Of a stretch of DNA of 64,000 bases, positions 56,138 to 64,000 are shown in pieces. The stretch spans positions 70,308,001 to 70,372,000 of the forward strand of contig OX597824.1 of assembly GCA_951406725.2 (NCBI GenBank). Reading direction: 5' to 3'. The position numbers and the translations under genes are program-made. The first letter of the stretch is position 1; the number at the start of each line of letters is the position of its first letter. The stretch comes from Octopus vulgaris. Lineage: Eukaryota. The notes below the pieces were generated by a model. That model saw only the letters and a list, made by a program, of their open reading frames with translations. It ran no database searches and was not told where the DNA came from.

Positions 56138-58273
56138 CAGTGCCATTGATCCATCTGTTTCCGAGGAAACATCGAATCCTTCTGATTTTAACATCATGTA
56201 TGGTTCGGATAAAGAGTTGGTATTTCCAGGAGATCCAAGATCATTAGACGGAGAGTGACCATCCGAACGAGCCCCGTCCAGATAATTTTGCTCTCTGTAA
56301 TATCCCAATATATCAGAATGTTGTAGACTTGGATTTGGAATAGCTACACTAGTTGGTAACATCTGCGGTAAAATATGGGGGTAAGAGCCAGCTATGTGTT
56401 TATCCAAGTCTGCCATAGCGGATGGAACCTGGATGCAGTTTTCCTGTAACAAGGCACGGGCTGCTCTGGGCGACAGACGTGTGTCTGTCACTTTGGTGCG
56501 TTTTTTTTTGGGTGTGTTTACCACCAAGGATAGAGCTTCAGTCTGTTCTGGTTCTGAGCTGTAGACAGGGGAGGTGAGTACTTGGGGTGGGGCAAAATAT
56601 GAGGGTATCGACTGCGGGGTGGAATGATGAGAAGGTGCGAAAGATAAGGGGCGATTGTGAGCCCTCGGCAAATCAGGAGCGCTCGGACAGCTCGTGTCGT
56701 ATAAAGTCTGTTTGTCGTGTACTCTAGGGATGGCATAAAAATCTGTCGGGAATTCAGGGTTATTAACAGGAGATTTTACTCTTTCTTTTGGTCCCTGATC
56801 CTGTGTTCTGGTTTCGTTACTGGAATTTTCTAATGATTTCAGAGCTTGGTTCTTAACGAATCGGCTTACTATGGTATCGACTGTGTGAATAATTTCTGAT
56901 TTAAGGGAGGAAGCCAAACCCTGGACATCAGCGGACGGTAGAGGCATTGAGGCCAAAGGAGTAGATCGTTTTGTAGCAATTTCCTGCTCCTTAACCATTT
57001 GGCTTGCGTGGTTTATTAGCTGAACGGGATCGATATCAGAATTGTCAAAAGCTATGTTTTCACGGTTATTTAGGTTAGATTCTCCATTTAATTTGCTGCC
57101 TCGGCTGGTCACTGATTGCAACGATGTGGCTGTATGACAGTCATCATCATCATGTCCTTCGCCCGTTCTTTCCGAGCTTTCCGCATTGCATAGTGCTGTG
57201 TATTTCCTCTGGACATCATTTAACTGGTTTTTCAACTCCATCAGTTGCCGGCCCAGATCGTCTCTTTCAATCTTCCGTAACTTGGACTCTTGGAATTCCG
57301 GACTAAGTTCGTGTTGTTGCGGCTGATGCTGTTTCCTTTTCTGTCGCCTCTGTTCTTGCATGCTTTGACTATCGCACTGGCTATGGGTTGGAGAATGACG
57401 GATACTTGTGATTATGTTCTCAACTCTGGCCCTTTTCGCTTCTTTGCTGTCTATAAGTTGTGAGTCCATGCCAGAAGACATGATGACTCCTTTCACATCA
57501 CCAACATCTGTCTCTTCATCATTTGTCATCTGCTCAATAGTACTCTCTCCATCGCTCTCTTCTGCCGAACCTTCCGTAGAATGGCAAGACAATTTGTCTA
57601 CGTCAGATGAGTTGCTTTTGAGTTGCTGCTGTGAAGAGTTTTTCAGAAGGTTCGTTATAAGGCCACTAGAGTCCTGAAGTGTGTTGGTACCATTTAGCGT
57701 GTTATTGTTGTTGTTGTTGTTGTTATTGTTAGTGTTGTTATTGTTATTGTTGTTGTTGTTACTGTTGTTGTTGTTGTTGTTATTCTTAGCTAACTCTGAC
57801 AACTGATGTTTCTCTTTGTTCTGTAATATCTCACGAAGGAGTTGAGATGTGTCGGGGTTGGACATATCTGTCTTGAGAAGTCCCACTCCATGCCTTGATA
57901 TGACCATCGGGAGACCGTCCGGAATCGGTGTGTCCGGGTGACCCCTGCTGTTGTTGATGCTGCTGGCTGCTGCCGGGCCGGAAGGTGGAGAATTCAAAGA
58001 CGAACTAAACCTGTCCTCTTCACAACTGTTGTCTAGCTGATAGGACTCTATGTCGGTCTCACTCGAGTGGATTCGTTCTTTGTTCATGGAAGAAGACGAA
58101 GATTCATTAGCACAGAGCGAGTTTTTCAACCGCATGTGTTCAAGTGACCGATAGCGGTCTTCAAGCTGTTGTTTCATGTATACTGTCTTGTGAACCTCAT
58201 ACCTGGCTAAGTCGCTGTCGTAGCCAATTAAACGACTTGCAGCAGCCTGTATAAGCTTATCATACCCATTCAT
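56138..58273 (-). CDS. pros: Large N-terminal coding exon of a Prospero/PROX1-family transcription factor; partial CDS, homeo-Prospero domain exons not in the window
   Basis: 718-aa complex ORF with Prospero/Prox motifs EAKRARVENII, EQTEALSLVV, PKKKRTKVTDTRLSPR and LPTSVAIPNPSL. Acceptor TCTCTTCTTTCAG|GA precedes it (exon starts at 58275, ATG at 58273; a coding exon further upstream cannot be excluded). The frame reaches a U12 donor after ...GSMAL, so the ORF's last residues ISFELH* are intronic. Confidence 0.93.
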
Positions 58274-58275
58274 TC

Positions 58276-58290
58276 CTGAAAGAAGAGATG
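58276..58290 (-). other. U2-type 3' splice site of the intron upstream of the pros exon
   Basis: Minus strand ACATCTCTTCTTTCAG| lies 2 nt before the ATG, where sequence changes from microsatellite-rich to coding. Confidence 0.75.
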
Positions 58291-58798
58291 TGACAGATGT
58301 TAGCCAGGAGATTAAGTTATTCTACAAATACATACATAGGAAAATATATCATAAATATATACAGACAGGCACAAACATACATATATATACACAAACATAC
58401 ACACACACATATATATATATATTGTATATACATATAAACAAAGACAATAATTACAAGCACAGAAATGTATGTAGATATGAAAAGAAATATATATTAAGTG
58501 TGGCCTTTAGGTATATAGTTAATATATGAATCTATGTTAAGGATGTGTGTGTGTTTGCGTGTACGTGTGTATGTGTATAAACACACATCCATATGTACCT
58601 ATCAGTAAAGAGAAATATTATACATCATTCATATGGATTGTGTATAAAAGTATACACACACACACACATATATATATATACATATATATAAACATATATA
58701 ATATACAGGCATATAATATGTATAAATATGTACGTATATATGTGTATACACATATATCATCATCATTATATATACATATATATGTATGTATATATATG

Positions 58799-58850
<52 letters not shown>

Positions 58851-59666
58851 CATATATATACATACACATACATTGGTTGAGTATTTATAAAATATGTTTG
58901 TATGTATATAAGTGTGTATAACAAACGTGTGTATATAGGAGTTGTAATAATTGTATGTATATGTGACACATATACATATATACAAACATACATACAGGTG
59001 TATATAAATAAGCAGTGTATATCAGTTAGTATGGACATCAAGCTTTTGCCTCAGGTAACTATACTTAATTTGCTTCAGGTATATAAATATATACGTATAA
59101 TTGTGTGTGTATGTATAAATGTATGTATGTATGTATGTGTGTATGTATGTATAGCTGTGTGTGGTGTGTGTGTGTGTGTGTGCGGCAGGTTATGAGGTGT
59201 CATTTATAAATGTCTGCATTTAATTAATTTATGTTAATTATCTGATAATAAAAAGAAGGTATATTAAAGATCATTTTCAAAAGAACTTGAATATAATGAA
59301 GTAGCTGGAGAAGGGAGTGGCGAAAAAGGTAGGAGAGTTTGCAGGTGAGGGGAGAGCAAGGAGTATGGGGAGGAGAGAGAGAGAAAGAGAGAAAGAGAGT
59401 AAAGTGAAATACAGAGAGAAGAAGAGTATGAGAGAAAGAAAGTGAAACAAAAAGGTTAAGTGAAAGGGAGATAAGATAAAGGTGGTATGTATGTGTGTGT
59501 GTGTATATATACCATGTATGTATGTGTGTGTGTATGTATATACATGTTTATGTATGTATGTAAATGTGTATATATATATGTGTGTGTGTGCAAATGTGAG
59601 TTTGTTCTGACAATATAATTGATGAAATATTATACTTTATAACACGAAAACCAAATGAATGAATGA

Positions 59667-59706
<40 letters not shown>

Positions 59707-59816
59707 GCTTATGTTCATACAAGTATGTTGTACATAGACAAACTGGTACAGACAAATATGGATACATACACACAAACATATAGACATCCTATTCCTGATG
59801 ATATATATACACACAT

Positions 59817-59858
<42 letters not shown>

Positions 59859-59967
59859 GCATATACATGCATATAAATATATAAAAATGCATACATATAC
59901 ACACACATATATATATATACGCACATATGTACATACGCACATATGTACATACACACACACACACACC

Positions 59968-60040
<73 letters not shown>

Positions 60041-60876
60041 GTTGTACAGAGTTTATTGAGGTAGATGCCCTTTTTGTTGCCAACTCTCACCTGTCTCCAA
60101 ACTAGGTAATATTCTTTTCTACCCTAGGCACAAGGCCTGAAATTTTGGGGGAGGAGGCCAGTCGATTAGATCAAACCCATTACGCAACTAGTACTTAATT
60201 TATCAATGAAAGGCAAAGTCGGCTTTGGCAGAATTTGAACTCAGAACATAAAGGCAGACAAAATAATGCTAAGCATTTCACCTGCCATGCTAACATCTCT
60301 GCCAGCTCGCCGCCTTCTGAGCTAGGTAATATTAACCCATGTCCAAGTAAGTTTTCAAAGAATGATACTGCCTGTATAACAGTGGCACTCATTTACAACT
60401 ATCACATGAAGTCAAAACAAGAAGACACAAATACACACACACATTCAAATGATTGGTGTCTCTCCGTTCCCATTTACCAAAGCTTTTGTTGGGCATGGTT
60501 TATAGTACAAGATACTTGCCCAAGGTTCTATGCAGTGGAATCAAATTATTAACCTAACAGCCAAACCTGTGTGTATACATATAATGGACTCTCCCATCGT
60601 TAGACAAGAAATGGGGGTTCGACAATTTCTTATGAACAACCACACAGATGAATATAGTGACCAAATGTTTGTGTAGAGATAAGCTCACTCATTATACCAA
60701 ATCGACATTACCTGTACAGGTGTAACTGATTGTCACATATCAGATGTTGAAATGATGGCAGAGAAACATGAAATGAAGCACTCTGCTCAAGAACACAACG
60801 TACCGTCTGGTCTGGAAATCAAACCCACGATCTCGCAATCATGGATGCAACACCCTAACCACTAAGCCATGTGCCT

Positions 60877-60933
<57 letters not shown>

Positions 60934-60962
60934 TCTGTAAATTAATATGTTACCATTATTCA

Positions 60963-61097
60963 ATAGCCAAGATAAAACTCTGAGTTTCGGTTGCCGAAGT
61001 GGAAATCCACAACACCATCTCTTCGGTTATCTGGCCATCAGATGGTGTTGTGGATTTCCACTTCGGCATCTGAAACTCAGAGTTTTATCTTGGCTAT
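60963..61097. repeat. Inverted repeat, ~58-bp arms with a ~19-nt spacer
   Basis: ATAGCCAAGATAAAACTCTGAGTTTCGGTTGCCGAAGTGGAAATCCACAACACCATCT / AGATGGTGTTGTGGATTTCCACTTCGGCATCTGAAACTCAGAGTTTTATCTTGGCTAT. Confidence 0.9.
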
Positions 61098-61222
61098 AAA
61101 TTAAAAACTGAACACAAAGGATATCTGTTTTTAATTTATATTTGATATATACCCTCTCACCTCTGCCACAATCTGGCATATACAGGTACTTACACTTATC
61201 AAATATTCACTCAAAATTTATA

Positions 61223-61255
<33 letters not shown>

Positions 61256-61686
61256 TAGATATGTCATATATATATCATATATATTATCCATATGCCTTTA
61301 TGCACTAACATATACTTGATACACAAAAGACTTATTTTTTGTTTTTAGTTTGTATGACCTCATCATGGTTGTAGGTCAGGGGTCACAGAATCATTCACTG
61401 TAAGCTATATACAAAAGGAAATTTAAAGCACTAACTTGCATCAATCTTAGCTTAAGGCCAAGATTTTTCAAACTAACACCTCACTAAGTAGGATACAAAT
61501 GACATTTTGGTGCTCGCTCACTCACTCACATACAAACATACATACATACATACATACATACTTATCTACATACATACATTAGGGGACAGGTAAGGTGTAT
61601 TGGAAGATATGTGTATTACTCACACACACATATACATATATATAATGTATGTATGTATGTATGTATGTATGTATGTATATATGTAT

Positions 61687-61748
<62 letters not shown>

Positions 61749-62297
61749 ATGTATATAAAATGAAAATAATAAGTGTGTAAAATTGAATATTAATTTGATT
61801 AATATCAATTTAAAACCAGTGGTCTAACATATTAAAATCTGAAGATTCAGAAAAATTATATTACATACATATAAGAGGGACGCTATCTATCTATCTACCC
61901 ATCTATCTATCTATCTGCCTACCTACCTCCCTACCTACCTACCTACCTATCTGTCAATCGATCCATCTCTCTATCTTTTCAAACACACAGATATACACTG
62001 TGTGACACTGATTCTGATGGCGGATTACATTAAGGAGGGTTATAAATGTCTACGGTGTACTCAACCAGAAAACGAAAAATTAATTATAATTCAATGAGTA
62101 GTATTACGAAGAATAACGTATATCTTTGAGAAACAATGCGCATATATACAAGTGAACATCATATATATGTACACACACACGTACGTACGTACATACATAC
62201 ATACATACATACATACATACATACATACATACATACATACATGCATGCATGCATGCATGCATGCATGCATACATGCATACATACATACATACATACA

Positions 62298-62330
<33 letters not shown>

Positions 62331-62377
62331 CGTTTGTAGAAAACAAATTCAGATACAAATACATATACATATATAGC

Positions 62378-62458
<81 letters not shown>

Positions 62459-62599
62459 AACACATACATACACACACCTATATATACATATATAATATAC
62501 ACACAAACATATTTATCAATATATACACACGTGCGCGCGTATATACATACATACACACATATATATATATATTTAATGTTCACGTGTATATATGTATAT

Positions 62600-62850
62600 A
62601 CGGGGTGAGAATTAAACGGTGAAGCCAAACGCGGAAAAGACCATCATGCACACAACGACTTTTTCACCTCCCAGTCGCCGACATCTTCCCGCATCCCCCC
62701 CCTCTCTCTCTCTCTCTACTAAAGAACAGGCGGGCACGTGTCACGCAAGGTATTAAAGTGTTTCTCAACTATGATCCTCACCCGCCACAAACATCTACCT
62801 ACCCCCAGCTGCAATTTAATAAATAAAAAGAGCATTAAGGTGTTACGAAA
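62600..62850. promoter_or_regulatory. Candidate cis-regulatory module upstream of the pros coding exon
   Basis: Non-repetitive, CpG-containing island with GTGAGAA (62605), GGCACGTGTCA (62733) and CCAGCTGC (62805). Confidence 0.35.
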
Positions 62851-62925
62851 AGAAAAAAGGGAAGAACAATAAGAAGAAAATGGAAAGACTCTTAAAGCTT
62901 AATTGTTCCACACAGTGAAGCAAAG

Positions 62926-63212
<287 letters not shown>

Positions 63213-63429
63213 TAAAAAATAACACACACACACACACGCACACAAACATATACACACACATACAGATATATATGTGCGCGCATGCAAGTGCAGGACGGAC
63301 GTGAAAGGGTGTTATGTACAAAGATATAAAATTTAAGCAAACACACCTAGATTGAAAGACACAAACATACGATTTATTAGAGATTGTTAATGTGTTTATG
63401 CTCAGGAAGCGGAAGAGATGTTTATTCGT

Positions 63430-63480
<51 letters not shown>

Positions 63481-64000
63481 TGTGAGTGTGTGTGTGTGTG
63501 TGTGTGTATGTGTGCGTGCGTGCGTGTTAGATGTAACATGAAGTGTGTTTTGATATCTAAATTCCAACAATGGAGTTTTCTTTTCTTTAACTAGTTCATC
63601 ATCCTTTTCTGGAATGAACTTTCCGGAATTCCAAACCACGTTTACACACACACACACACACCTTTTACTCAGGAGGGATGACAAATACACTCATAACCCG
63701 TTAATATTGCAAGCCCAAGAGGAGAGAAAGCGGGATTCCTGAAACCAGAAACCTGGTTTGATTAAAAAAAGAAAAGAACAAGGATAAAGCATCTCCCCAA
63801 GTCATATAATCTCACAGGGACCGGTTTCCAGGTTTCCATTGCTTGTATTATATTTCTCCAACGGGATGGGACGCCCGCCCATCGCAGGATTACTCACTTT
63901 TGGTAGCTGAGTGAACTGGTGCAACATGAAATGAAGTGATTTGCTAAAGAGCACAACGCAGAACTCAGCCCTAGAACTGGAACCACAATCTTACGAGGGG

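Noticed and set aside
58518-61124. Possible second U12 intron on minus: ATATCCTTT at 61124-61116, TCCTTAAC at 58543-58536 and AC at 58519-58518
   Set aside because: Each short motif is expected roughly once by chance in 64 kb of AT-rich DNA, the flanks are repeat or low-complexity sequence, and a good U2 acceptor exists at 58276.

Overview
AT-rich animal genomic DNA saturated with microsatellites. The repeat content and gene point to a coleoid cephalopod, most likely Octopus (inference). The only credible host coding sequence is one ~2.1 kb minus-strand exon (58275-56138) encoding the N-terminal ~712 aa of a Prospero/PROX1 transcription factor. It ends at a U12-type (minor spliceosome, AT-AC class) donor, CTG|ATATCCTTT. 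I found no homeodomain exon in 1-56137, so this stretch appears to be one very large intron. It is filled with tRNA-derived SINEs, RTE-type tails, Tc1/mariner, pogo-like, piggyBac-like, hAT-like and Helentron-like relics, palindromes and simple repeats. The other predicted ORFs are simple-repeat artefacts or transposon fragments. Most notable: (i) several unrelated short repeats carry minimal type-I hammerhead ribozyme folds, one with a compensatory G3:C8 swap in the catalytic core; (ii) the giant U12 intron has a possible nested U2 donor behind a stop codon; (iii) a 53-bp copy of the prospero coding exon sits at the 5' junction of an intronic SINE; (iv) a retroposon carries an ABAB array of predicted pseudoknot/hairpin units; (v) there are candidate Forkhead and Notch/proneural regulatory clusters. 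All alignments and folds were done by eye.
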